Positions 1-9,150 of a stretch of 64,000 nucleotides of DNA are shown here, piece by piece. The position numbers and the translations under genes are program-made. The notes beneath the pieces were generated by a model. It saw nothing but the letters and a program-made list of their open reading frames with translations. It made no database searches and was not told where the DNA came from. Position 1 is the stretch's first letter; each line of letters opens with the position of its first letter. This DNA comes from Candidatus Daviesbacteria bacterium (GTDB lineage Bacteria > Patescibacteriota > Microgenomatia > Daviesbacterales > UBA10151), in assembly GCA_030648435.1 (NCBI GenBank), contig JAUSHE010000014.1:4466-68465 (forward strand), written 5' to 3'.

Positions 1-1
1 A

Positions 2-325
2 TCCGGCTTAGCTGCCAAACCAACTGTTGATGTGCAAGGTCAACAAATAGAGATTGCAAAGGAAGATTACAACAGCAAGCCGGAACTAAATTTAGTTGCA
101 GCAGAAACAAAAGTTAATGTTAAGTCTCTGTTTGACCAGTATCAGGTCTATAAAACAGCCGGTTTTTCCGTGATCGTACTGATTACGGTTCTTTTAACTC
201 TGGATATTTGGGTTTTACGGAAAAGAGGGGTATTTAGATTGTCTTCGCATCATATAGCACATATGGCCTTACTTTCTTTGGCAGCCGGCAGTCTGATAGT
301 CTTAAATCCGGGAGCAATACTATGA
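2..325 (+). CDS. 3' part of a CDS that begins upstream of the window. Hypothetical protein with a C-terminal hydrophobic segment.
   Basis: The frame is open from nt 2 with no stop before the track ORF at 32..325. The C-terminus (VIVLITVLLTLDIWVL) is hydrophobic. I recognise no family. Confidence 0.35.
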   Translation, partial: SGLAAKPTVDVQGQQIEIAKEDYNSKPELNLVAAETKVNVKSLFDQYQVYKTAGFSVIVLITVLLTLDIWVLRKRGVFRLSSHHIAHMALLSLAAGSLIVLNPGAIL

Positions 326-474
326 TAAATATACTGGTTATCGGAATAATCATCTATCTTGTTTGGGCACTGTTTCACCATCAAAAAGATAAAAGTTTGA
401 CTTTACCTATTTTCTTAGAGTATGTTTTAACTGCTGTTTTAGTCTTGATATTGATATTAGGAGTAAAATTATAG
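322..474 (+). CDS. Small predicted 2-TM membrane protein, 50 aa, not in the ORF track.
   Basis: ATG at 322 overlaps the upstream stop (ATGA). My translation is MINILVIGIIIYLVWALFHHQKDKSLTLPIFLEYVLTAVLVLILILGVKL*, with two hydrophobic stretches. Its stop lies 1 nt before the rmlA ATG at 476. Confidence 0.3.
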   Translation: MINILVIGIIIYLVWALFHHQKDKSLTLPIFLEYVLTAVLVLILILGVKL

Positions 475-475
475 A

Positions 476-1201
476 ATGAAAGGCGTTGTATTAGCAGGAG
501 GTTTAGGAACAAGGCTTTATCCTTTAACAAAGGTTACCAATAAACATCTTTTGCCGGTTTATAATAAACCGATGATTTTTTATCCGATTGAAACATTAGT
601 TAAGGCAGGTATTACCGATATTATGGTAGTAACCGGCGGTCCCCACTCCGGTCATTTTTTATCAATCTTAAAAAACGGAGAAGAACTTGGCATTAAACAT
701 CTGGAATATGCTTATCAGGAAAAAGAAGGAGGAATTGCGGATGCCCTATCATTAGCAAGGGAATTTGCGGAAGGTGATAGTGTGACGGTAATTTTGGGAG
801 ATAATACCTCGGATGCGGATATTGCCGAATCGGTTCGGAATTTCAAAGAAGGAGCGCTGATATTCTTAAAAGAAGTTTCAGACCCGGAACGCTTTGGCAT
901 TGCGACTTTCGATCCAGCAGATCCTTCAAAGATCATAAAAATTACAGAGAAACCACAGAATCCGGATTCAAAAATGGCTGTCACAGGAGTTTATATCTAC
1001 GATAAACAGGTTTTTGATTTTATAGATCAAATTAACCCTTCCGGAAGAGGAGAATTAGAAATTACGGATGTGAATAATAAATATGTGGAAAAAGGACAGC
1101 TTAAATGGAGCGAGCTTAAAGGTTATTGGTGGGATGCAGGTACTTTTGATACTTTACTTCAGGCTAATAACTATTGGGCAAAAAAGGCGAAGACAAAATG
1201 A
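476..1201 (+). CDS. rmlA: Glucose-1-phosphate thymidylyltransferase, short-form sugar nucleotidyltransferase (RmlA-like).
   Basis: N-terminal GxGTRLxPLT motif (MKGVVLAGGLGTRLYPLT). It is the first of four coupled rml genes. At 241 aa it is shorter than the canonical ~290 aa RmlA. Confidence 0.75.
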   Translation: MKGVVLAGGLGTRLYPLTKVTNKHLLPVYNKPMIFYPIETLVKAGITDIMVVTGGPHSGHFLSILKNGEELGIKHLEYAYQEKEGGIADALSLAREFAEGDSVTVILGDNTSDADIAESVRNFKEGALIFLKEVSDPERFGIATFDPADPSKIIKITEKPQNPDSKMAVTGVYIYDKQVFDFIDQINPSGRGELEITDVNNKYVEKGQLKWSELKGYWWDAGTFDTLLQANNYWAKKAKTK

Positions 1202-2199
1202 AGATTTTGGTTACTGGCGGAGCCGGATTCATTGGCTCAAATTTTATTCATTACTGGATCAAGACCCATCCGGAAGATGAAATAATAAATTTAGACGTCC
1301 TAACTTATGCCGGTCATCCGGAAAGCCTTAAAGATTTGGAGGGAAACCAAAATTATAAGTTTATAAAAGGTGATATTACTGATGCGGAAGTAGTTAAGCA
1401 AGCCATGGAGGGAGTAGATACGGTGGTTCATTATGCTGCAGAATCACATGTTGACCGTTCAATTGTTGATCCATTAGCTTTTGTCAAAACAAATGTTTTA
1501 GGTACAGCAGTGCTGTTAAACAGCGCCCTTGACGGCAAGATTAAAAGATTTCACCACATCTCTTCAGATGAAGTTTATGGGGAATTGGGACTACAAGATG
1601 CACCGTTCAACGAAAACACACCTTACAGTCCGAGGACTCCTTATTCCGCCTCAAAAGCAGGTTCAGACCATTTGGTGAGGGCTTATTTTGAAACATATGG
1701 ATTACCGGTGACGATCAGTAATTGCGCCAATAATTACGGCCCTTTCCATGATCCGGAAAAATTGATTCCGAGATTTATTACCAATCTCTTGCAAGGAGAG
1801 AAGGTGCCTTTAATGGGGAAGGGAGAAAATATCCGCGAATGGCTGCATGTTGAGGATCACGCTGAGGCGGTTGATTTTATTCTGCAAAAAGGGCAACTGG
1901 GAGAAACTTATTTGATTGAGGGCGAGGAAAAAACAAATCTGGATATAACCAAAAAGCTGCTTGAGATTTTAGGGCTTGATGAGTCTGTGATTAAATTTGT
2001 TGAGCATAGATTAGGTCATGATTTCCGCTATGCAATAAACGGAGATAAACTGAAAGCTTTAGGGTGGATCAGAAAACATAATTTAACGGAAGATCTGCCG
2101 AAAGTTGTTGAATGGTATAAACAAAACGAGTGGTGGTGGAAGCCTCTGAAACAAGGCAGGCCCAACATTGACCGATTAGCACAAAAATCATATGGATAA
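1198..2199 (+). CDS. rmlB: dTDP-glucose 4,6-dehydratase.
   Basis: N-terminal Rossmann motif [14 protein letters not shown] and a YSASKAGSD (YxxxK) active-site motif, about 334 aa. I moved the start to the ATG at 1198, which overlaps the rmlA stop as ATGA, instead of the track's 1174. Confidence 0.9.
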   Translation: MKILVTGGAGFIGSNFIHYWIKTHPEDEIINLDVLTYAGHPESLKDLEGNQNYKFIKGDITDAEVVKQAMEGVDTVVHYAAESHVDRSIVDPLAFVKTNVLGTAVLLNSALDGKIKRFHHISSDEVYGELGLQDAPFNENTPYSPRTPYSASKAGSDHLVRAYFETYGLPVTISNCANNYGPFHDPEKLIPRFITNLLQGEKVPLMGKGENIREWLHVEDHAEAVDFILQKGQLGETYLIEGEEKTNLDITKKLLEILGLDESVIKFVEHRLGHDFRYAINGDKLKALGWIRKHNLTEDLPKVVEWYKQNEWWWKPLKQGRPNIDRLAQKSYG

Positions 2200-2740
2200 A
2201 TATATTAAAACTACATCAATTGCAGGATTATTAATACTGGAGTGGCCGACTTTTGAGGATGAACGGGGATTTTTTAAAGAAGTATTTCATCTTGATGAAT
2301 TGCAGCAAGCGCTGGGATATGAATTTAAACCTGTTCAATGGAATCATTCAAAATCAAAACCCGGTGTGCTGCGGGGTCAGCACGCCGAAAATTGGAATAA
2401 GCTAATTTATCCGGTAACCGGAGAGTTGTTTGCCAGTGTAGTTGATATTAGGGTTGATTCTGTAACTTTTGGTAAGTATGAAACTTTTACATTTAACAAT
2501 GAAAATAGATGTGCCCTTTTTATTCCAAAAGGTATGGCTAATTCTTTTTGTGTTACAGGTAAGGAAGATGTCAATTATCTTTATTTAGTTGACGCTTATT
2601 GGGACGGTTCAGATACTAAGGCAATTGCCTGGGATGATCCTGATATAAATATAAAATGGCCTATTGAAAATCCGATAATTTCGGAGAGGGACAAAAATAA
2701 TCCCAAGTTAAGAGAGCTTCTTCCGGAGAAATTTAAATGA
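2192..2740 (+). CDS. rmlC: dTDP-4-dehydrorhamnose 3,5-epimerase (cupin).
   Basis: 182 aa, cupin-sized, with a GVLRGQHAE core. It sits between rmlB and rmlD and overlaps both neighbours. Confidence 0.8.
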   Translation: MDKYIKTTSIAGLLILEWPTFEDERGFFKEVFHLDELQQALGYEFKPVQWNHSKSKPGVLRGQHAENWNKLIYPVTGELFASVVDIRVDSVTFGKYETFTFNNENRCALFIPKGMANSFCVTGKEDVNYLYLVDAYWDGSDTKAIAWDDPDINIKWPIENPIISERDKNNPKLRELLPEKFK

Positions 2741-3630
2741 AAAAAGTATTGGTATTTGGCGGGGCCGGTTTAGTAGGTTCCAAATTTATTGATTTAAATT
2801 CTCAAAAATTTGAAATAAATGCACCTAACGTTTCAGAGCTGGATATTTTAGACAAATGTCAGGTTCTAAAACGAATGGAGCGATTTAATCCTGATGCAGT
2901 TGTGAATTTTGCTGCTTTTACTAATGTGGGAGCGGCTGAAGACCAGAAAGGTGATGAAAACGGGATATGTTTTCAAATAAATGCAATTGGAGCTAAAAAT
3001 GTGGCTGAGGGTGCCAGGGATTCCAATAAATACTTAATACATATTTCAACAGAGTATGTTTTTGACGGCACTAAAGCTAACGGTCCATACAAAGAAGAAG
3101 ATAAACAAAATCCCATTAACTGGTACGGAGAAACAAAGTATTACGGTGAACAGTTTGTCATGGAAAGCCATTGTCCTTTGGGCTTAGTCAGAATTTGTAT
3201 GCCATTTTCTCCTTTTTATGAATTAAAAAAAGATATTGCAAGATATTTTCTTGATGAGTTGAAAACAGGGAATCAAATAAAAGCCATTGAAGATCAGAAA
3301 GTGACTCCCACTTTGGTTTCAGATATTGCGGATGCCATTTACACCCTGATTAATAATCAAGCTCAAGGAATTTATCATGTTTGTTCAAAAGATTCGATTA
3401 CCCCGTTTGAATTTGCCAAATCAATCGCTAAAATCTTTAATTTAGACGGTTCCTTGGTACAGCCGGTTACTTTTGAGGAATACAATAAAAACAAAAAAGG
3501 CAAACTGTTAAAAAATTCCTGGTTGGGTTGTGAAAAATTTATTTCGAAATTTGGAGACAATATTTTACACAAAATAGAAGAAAGTTTAGAGATATTTAAA
3601 AAAGAAACTATTGACGGATCTAGTGTATAA
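2737..3630 (+). CDS. rmlD: dTDP-4-dehydrorhamnose reductase.
   Basis: 297 aa with an N-terminal VFGGAGLVGS NAD(P)-binding motif. ATGA overlap with rmlC. It occupies the expected position in the rml set. Confidence 0.75.
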   Translation: MKKVLVFGGAGLVGSKFIDLNSQKFEINAPNVSELDILDKCQVLKRMERFNPDAVVNFAAFTNVGAAEDQKGDENGICFQINAIGAKNVAEGARDSNKYLIHISTEYVFDGTKANGPYKEEDKQNPINWYGETKYYGEQFVMESHCPLGLVRICMPFSPFYELKKDIARYFLDELKTGNQIKAIEDQKVTPTLVSDIADAIYTLINNQAQGIYHVCSKDSITPFEFAKSIAKIFNLDGSLVQPVTFEEYNKNKKGKLLKNSWLGCEKFISKFGDNILHKIEESLEIFKKETIDGSSV

Positions 3631-3648
3631 TAGATATATTGACCAAAT

Positions 3649-4662
3649 ATGGCAAACAAAAAAGCATTTATTACAGGAATTTCAGGACAGGATGGTTCGT
3701 ATTTAAGTGAACTTCTTTTAAGCAAGGGATATGAGATAGCGGGTTTTGTCCGTAGAAATGCGGCATTGGATTTTGGAAATGCCAATGAAATAAAAGACGA
3801 AATAAAAATTTATTACGGTGATCTGCATTCTCCGGAATCTATTGCTTTGGCACTGCTAGATTTTAAGCCTGATGAGATATATAATCTGGCATCACTATCT
3901 TCCCCACTGGGATCATTTAAAGATAAATTCGGAACGATTATGGTAACCGGCATAGGGGCACTCAATGTATTTGAACGTGCCAAACAAATTGTTCCTGATG
4001 CCAGAATCTATCAGGCCTCAACTTCTGAAATGTTTGGGGCTCCCACACAGGTACCTCAAAACGAAGATACTCCTTTTGCTCCTGCCAATCCTTACGCTGC
4101 TGCTAAAGAATTTGCTCATAGGATGGCAGTAATTGCCAGGCATGATAAAAATCAGCCGCAATTTATTGCCTGCGGCATTTTATTTAATCATGAAAGTCCA
4201 AGACGGGGTTTAAATTTTGTCACCAGAAAAATTTCGGCTGCTGTAGCCTGCATAAAGAATGAAAAAAAGTTCGGCGTGCCATTAAACGAGATAGGCAAAC
4301 CAATTGTAGAAAACGGTAAACTAAAATTAGGTGATCTTGAGGCAAAAAGAGACTGGGGCTATGCTGTTGATTATGTAGGGTTGATGTGGATGATGCTTCA
4401 ACACGACATTGCAGATGATTTTGTGGCTGCCACGGGCGAGGTGCATACGGTCGGGGAATTTGCCAAAGAAGCTTTTGCAGTTGTTGGCTTAAACTGGGAG
4501 GACTTCGTAGAAACTGATTCTCATTTTATTCCCCCCGTACAAACAGGACCGCTGTGTGGGGATGCCTCAAAGGCTAAAAAAATCTTAGGTTGGGAGCCAA
4601 GAACCAAATTTAAAGATTTAGTGAAAATTATGGTTCATGCTGATTTAGCCAAATTTTCTTAA
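3649..4662 (+). CDS. gmd: GDP-mannose 4,6-dehydratase.
   Basis: N-terminal ITGISGQDGSYLSELLL matches the Gmd signature. 337 aa. Confidence 0.9.
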   Translation: MANKKAFITGISGQDGSYLSELLLSKGYEIAGFVRRNAALDFGNANEIKDEIKIYYGDLHSPESIALALLDFKPDEIYNLASLSSPLGSFKDKFGTIMVTGIGALNVFERAKQIVPDARIYQASTSEMFGAPTQVPQNEDTPFAPANPYAAAKEFAHRMAVIARHDKNQPQFIACGILFNHESPRRGLNFVTRKISAAVACIKNEKKFGVPLNEIGKPIVENGKLKLGDLEAKRDWGYAVDYVGLMWMMLQHDIADDFVAATGEVHTVGEFAKEAFAVVGLNWEDFVETDSHFIPPVQTGPLCGDASKAKKILGWEPRTKFKDLVKIMVHADLAKFS

Positions 4663-5843
4663 TGAAGATAGTATCCGTTGTGCTCCCTACTTATAACGAA
4701 AAAGCAAATGTTGCCCGTACTATTGAAAAAGTGCTGGAGCAGGAAAAAAATCTACCCGGCTGGGAAATTCATATTATTGTGGCAGATGATATCCGCACCT
4801 CTGACGGTACGGAAGAAATTGTTCGCAAGTTACTTGCGAATCAAAGAATACATTTTATTAAAACAGAACCTGGTCTAGGGGTTGGTTTGATTGAAGGGCA
4901 CCGGTATGCTTTGCAAAAGCTACGGCCTGATGTTTTGGCGCAACTTGATGCTGACGGTCAGGTAGTGCCTGATGTTTTAGTAAAACTGGTTAAAACCATA
5001 GAAGATGGTTACTCTCTGGCAATAGGTTCCAGATTTGTGAGCGGTGGAAAAAATCAATTAGCTTTAGTAAGAAGGATATTCAGTTTAGGCGCCTCGGTGT
5101 TTTACAGAGCTTTGGTTGGACCCTGGGATATTAAGGAAGTAACAAATTCGGCTAGGGCATTTACTCCAGAACTATTTAAAAAAATAAATTTAGATAGGTT
5201 ACCCTGGAAAGAAAAGACTTTTATTGTTCAGCCGGCCTTTTTACATGAAGCAATTTTAGCAGGAGCCAAATATAAGGAAGTACCGTTAATATTCCGTAAC
5301 CGTTTAGAAGGTTATTCCAAAAATAAGGTTTTTAATTATACTTATGATGTAATTACTTATTCTTTGGATGTAAGATTACATATGTCAGGAGTGAATTTTC
5401 CTTTTTTCCGTCTGGCAGGCAGGGCAAAAACTTTAGTTAAGTTTAGTTTAGTAGGAGCAGTCGGGACTGCGGTGGACTTTTTCTTCTACAAAGTATTTAT
5501 TAATTATTTAGGTCTAAATCCTGCTACATCAAAGGGTTTTTCCACGGAGATTGCTATTATAAATAATTTTATGCTCAATAATTATTGGACTTTTAGATAC
5601 CGCAAAACTAAAACAAATGCTTGGCAGAAATTAGGGATATTTAATTTGGTAAGTATGGGAGGGCTTGTTATGGCAGTTTTGATTGTTAAGTTTTTGCATA
5701 TATATTATGGAGATGGATCTATTAATCTTTTTGGCCGGTCTGTTGCTTACAATAACTTTTTCTTTTTTGCGACAATCCCTCCGGTAATGTTGTGGAACTT
5801 TACGGTAAACCATTTTATTACATGGCGGCATAATGACGATTAA
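4662..5843 (+). CDS. GT2 polyprenyl-phosphate glycosyltransferase (Dpm1/ArnC-like) fused to a C-terminal GtrA-like 4-TM domain.
   Basis: N-terminal VSVVLPTYNE...IVADD GT-A motif. The C-terminal region (FSLVGAVGTAVDFFFYKVFINYLG...NNFMLNNYWTFRY) resembles the GtrA family. Confidence 0.8.
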   Translation: MKIVSVVLPTYNEKANVARTIEKVLEQEKNLPGWEIHIIVADDIRTSDGTEEIVRKLLANQRIHFIKTEPGLGVGLIEGHRYALQKLRPDVLAQLDADGQVVPDVLVKLVKTIEDGYSLAIGSRFVSGGKNQLALVRRIFSLGASVFYRALVGPWDIKEVTNSARAFTPELFKKINLDRLPWKEKTFIVQPAFLHEAILAGAKYKEVPLIFRNRLEGYSKNKVFNYTYDVITYSLDVRLHMSGVNFPFFRLAGRAKTLVKFSLVGAVGTAVDFFFYKVFINYLGLNPATSKGFSTEIAIINNFMLNNYWTFRYRKTKTNAWQKLGIFNLVSMGGLVMAVLIVKFLHIYYGDGSINLFGRSVAYNNFFFFATIPPVMLWNFTVNHFITWRHNDD

Positions 5844-6970
5844 TTGAATAACTGGAGGTTTGGTATCGGAGCTGTATTGTTTAATATAAAATTCTGGGCG
5901 TAGAAATAAATAGCAAGTAATATTATTGGCAAAATTATTTTAAATTCCCGGCTGGTTAAAACTTTTTCAAAAGCGATTAAGACAAATGGGGCAATAGGGA
6001 GAAGGTAGCGGCTGATATCCCGGTGGACTACCAAAGTGGCGGCTCCAAGATAGATCAGGACAAAGAAGGCCATAGGGTAAAGTTTTTGTTTCAAAAGCAT
6101 TACCCCTCCCAGAAGTCCCATTATAAAGATATAGATTATATCTTCCAGCCAGATATCCCCTACCCAAAACTGAAACTTGTTGAAAACCTGGAAAGGAGGG
6201 AATGTTAAATGGATGTTGTCTCCGCTTTTGAAATATGCCCAAAAATCCCCGTAAGTTTGATTGAAGAGAAAAAATACTCCAAGCAATCCAAGCGGAATTA
6301 TGATTAAAGGAAAATATTTTAAACGGATTTTTCTGAAAGCTAAGATATAAAATACCAAAGCTGTAAAAAGTAATATGCCCGGCGGTCTGGTAATTTGGGC
6401 CAGCAGCCCAAAAATTCCCGCGGAAAAGATATAAATAAATTTCTGATTAGTTTCAAATTTCATAAAGAAATAGATTGCGGTGATAATAAAAAAGATAAAA
6501 GCGGGTTCTGATGATCCCACACTGTGTACAATTGTCCACCTGGCAGGAAGAATCAGGAAAATAAAGCTTAGAAAAAGCGGATGGGCGCTTAGTTTAAAAT
6601 CCCGGATTAGAAAATAAAAGGCAGAAACAGCAAGTACGGTAGAAAGCAGCGACACAAACAGCATTGATTTCAAAAAACCTAAAAATGGCGCAAAGAGTAA
6701 AATTGCCATGGCATATCCCGGGAAATGGGAAGCAAAATAAGAGGCAGGTAAAGACTGCGGAAGCGCACTTATTATTTGAGGATCATAAAAGCTTTTGGCA
6801 ATGATCAGATATTCTAACCCGTCAAAATTGCGGTAAATGACGGAAAACCCCTCTTTAAAAGATAAACCCCAGAAATTTGGTAAAGATAGTATGTGGGGCA
6901 GCCATATTAGAGCGGTTATGCCTATGGTTAGTCCCGCCAAAATACTTAAATCTTTGAATTTGTTGCTCAC
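5840..6970 (-). CDS. Polytopic membrane protein, GT-C candidate with a PIG-V/Mannosyl_trans2-like motif.
   Basis: 376 aa and highly hydrophobic. The FDGLEYLIIAKSFY...HFPGYA motif resembles the FDGVHYLRIAQNGY...AFFPLYP motif of ORF 41008 and the GPI mannosyltransferase-2 family. It is the only - strand gene inside the + array. Confidence 0.45.
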   Translation of the reverse strand: MSNKFKDLSILAGLTIGITALIWLPHILSLPNFWGLSFKEGFSVIYRNFDGLEYLIIAKSFYDPQIISALPQSLPASYFASHFPGYAMAILLFAPFLGFLKSMLFVSLLSTVLAVSAFYFLIRDFKLSAHPLFLSFIFLILPARWTIVHSVGSSEPAFIFFIITAIYFFMKFETNQKFIYIFSAGIFGLLAQITRPPGILLFTALVFYILAFRKIRLKYFPLIIIPLGLLGVFFLFNQTYGDFWAYFKSGDNIHLTFPPFQVFNKFQFWVGDIWLEDIIYIFIMGLLGGVMLLKQKLYPMAFFVLIYLGAATLVVHRDISRYLLPIAPFVLIAFEKVLTSREFKIILPIILLAIYFYAQNFILNNTAPIPNLQLFN

Positions 6971-6993
6971 TAGTTTATTATATACGTAAACTT

Positions 6994-9150
6994 ATGATTA
7001 ACAATCTTTCGGTTTTTTTTCCTTGTATTAATGAAGAGGGGAACATTGAAAATACTGTCAGTAAGGCGGAAAAAGTTTTGAAACGCCTTAAGGTTAACTA
7101 TGAAATTATCATAATTGATGACGGTTCAACAGATTCTACAGGCAGGATTGCAGATAAGCTGGTCCGGGAAAATCCCAATATCAGGGTGATTCATCATCCA
7201 AAAAATTTAGGTTACGGAGAAGCTTTAAAATCCGGTTTTTATAATGCTAAATATGACACCATAGTTTATACGGACGGTGACGGACAGTTTGATTTTTCAG
7301 AGATTTATAAATTTTTAGAGAAAATAAAAGATAACGATCTGGTGATAGGTTACAGAATAAAAAGGCAGGATTCGCTGGTAAGAAGGTTTTTTGGTAAGGG
7401 TTGGAGATTAACACTGCTTGCCCTTTTTGGACTGACTTTAAAGGATGTTGACTGCGGTTTTAAGATGGTTAGGAAAAGTGTTTTGGAAAAAGTGCCGCAC
7501 CTTGAATCTCAAAGAGGAGCAATGATAAATGCGGAACTTGCAATTAAAGCAAAAAAATACGGCTTTAAAGTAGGTCAAGTAGGAGTAAATCATTATCCCA
7601 GATTATCCGGTAGGCCAACGGGTGCAAACATTAAAGTGATTATTAAATCTTATGTAGATCTTATGAGATTATGGTGGGAATTGAAGGATCAAAAAATTAC
7701 ACTTTTTGTACTAATCGGAATACTGGTACTGGCGGTATTTTTAAGATTTTATAGATTATCGGATTACATGACTTTTCTGGGAGATGAAGGAAGAGATGCG
7801 ATTATTGTCAGGGATATTCTGAAGGGGGTAAATTTTCCCTTAATCGGGCCGCCGACTTCAGTAGGAAATATCTACTTAGGCCCTCTCTATTACTACATGA
7901 TGACATTGCCAATGGCAATCTTTAATCTTAATCCTACAGCCGCTGCAGGCATGAATGCGTTTTTGGGGGTGGTGACAATTATTTTAATCTATTATTTGGG
8001 TAAAAGTTGGTTTGGTAGATATGCCGGCTTAATAGCAGCTTATCTATATGCCATATCACCGGTGACCATTATTTATTCACGGTCTTCCTGGAATCCGAAT
8101 CCTACTCCTTTCTTTGCCACAGTTGCCATAATTAGTTTGTACAAGCTGAATAAAACAGGTAATTTCTTATGGCTTACTTTGACCGGCTTAGCAATTGGAG
8201 CGGCGCTGCAGATGCATTATCTGGCAGCAATATTAATACCTGTTGCCGGTATTTTATGGTTATACGAAATCTTGATTAGAAAATATTGTCACCTAAAAGT
8301 TAAAAACTTGATTAGCGGAACTTTATTGGGGATATGTTCATTTGTTTTAACAATGCTGCCACTGGTTTTTTTCGACTTAAAACATAATCTCTTAAACTAC
8401 AGGGCAATTATTAAGTTATTCAGCGAAGGAAGTGCTGTTAAGGCTGATATATTTGCAAATATCGGACGGATGCCTCTTCTTTATTCAAATAATCTGGTGG
8501 GAAGATATATTAGCGGTGAGAATTTTTATTTAACAATTACAGTTTCATTATTAATCATAATCGCACTTCTATACAAATGGAATTCCTGGCCCAGGATTAC
8601 TTTAGGAGTTTGGTTAATTGTTGGGCTTTTTGGATTAGCTTTTTATCAACAGAGTATATACGATCATTATTTAGGATTTTTAAATCCCGCTCCTTTTTTA
8701 CTTTTGGGATCTATAGCTACAGTCAAAGTTTTTAATAAACAAATTACTTATATTGGTTTGACAGTAATATTGCTGTTTTTATCAGTAGTGAATTTGCAGA
8801 AAACCCCTTTACTTTATCCGCCAAATCATCAACTTGCAAGAACACAAGAAGTAGCAAAATTTATAATTGATAAAACAAATAATAAAGATTTTAATTTTGC
8901 CTTAATTGCCAAAAGCAATTATGATTCTGCTTACCAATTTTATTTGGATTTATATGGGTTTAAACCTAAACAAGTACCATTTGATAAAACAAATCAGCTT
9001 TTTGTGGTTTGCGAGGATCCGGTTTGTGATCCAACACATAGTGCAAAATATGAAATAGCTGCTTTTGGTTGGTCCAGAATTGACTGGCAGAGAGATTTTA
9101 ATGGGATTAAGATATATAGATTAATACCTAATCCATCCGGAAAACCATGA
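6994..9150 (+). CDS. Fusion protein with an N-terminal GT2 polyprenyl-phosphate glycosyltransferase domain and a C-terminal PMT_2/ArnT-like GT-C membrane domain.
   Basis: Residues 1-230 carry a Dpm1-like GT-A domain (LSVFFPCINEEGNIE, IIIDDGSTDST, DGDGQFD). Residues ~240-718 are polytopic, with a GDEGRDA motif in the first extracytoplasmic loop as in the GT39/GT83 family. Confidence 0.75.
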   Translation: MINNLSVFFPCINEEGNIENTVSKAEKVLKRLKVNYEIIIIDDGSTDSTGRIADKLVRENPNIRVIHHPKNLGYGEALKSGFYNAKYDTIVYTDGDGQFDFSEIYKFLEKIKDNDLVIGYRIKRQDSLVRRFFGKGWRLTLLALFGLTLKDVDCGFKMVRKSVLEKVPHLESQRGAMINAELAIKAKKYGFKVGQVGVNHYPRLSGRPTGANIKVIIKSYVDLMRLWWELKDQKITLFVLIGILVLAVFLRFYRLSDYMTFLGDEGRDAIIVRDILKGVNFPLIGPPTSVGNIYLGPLYYYMMTLPMAIFNLNPTAAAGMNAFLGVVTIILIYYLGKSWFGRYAGLIAAYLYAISPVTIIYSRSSWNPNPTPFFATVAIISLYKLNKTGNFLWLTLTGLAIGAALQMHYLAAILIPVAGILWLYEILIRKYCHLKVKNLISGTLLGICSFVLTMLPLVFFDLKHNLLNYRAIIKLFSEGSAVKADIFANIGRMPLLYSNNLVGRYISGENFYLTITVSLLIIIALLYKWNSWPRITLGVWLIVGLFGLAFYQQSIYDHYLGFLNPAPFLLLGSIATVKVFNKQITYIGLTVILLFLSVVNLQKTPLLYPPNHQLARTQEVAKFIIDKTNNKDFNFALIAKSNYDSAYQFYLDLYGFKPKQVPFDKTNQLFVVCEDPVCDPTHSAKYEIAAFGWSRIDWQRDFNGIKIYRLIPNPSGKP

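Noticed and set aside
715-984. Numerous 60-136 aa ORFs in the six-frame track that lie inside and antisense to, or out of frame with, long confident genes (e.g. 715..984, 1083..1280, 3375..3785, 5967..6242, 19661..19945, 32224..32598, 38859..39185, 62096..62413).
   Set aside because: They are fully nested in genes with strong family signatures and have low-complexity or unremarkable translations and no coupling signals. They are typical shadow ORFs of AT-rich DNA.
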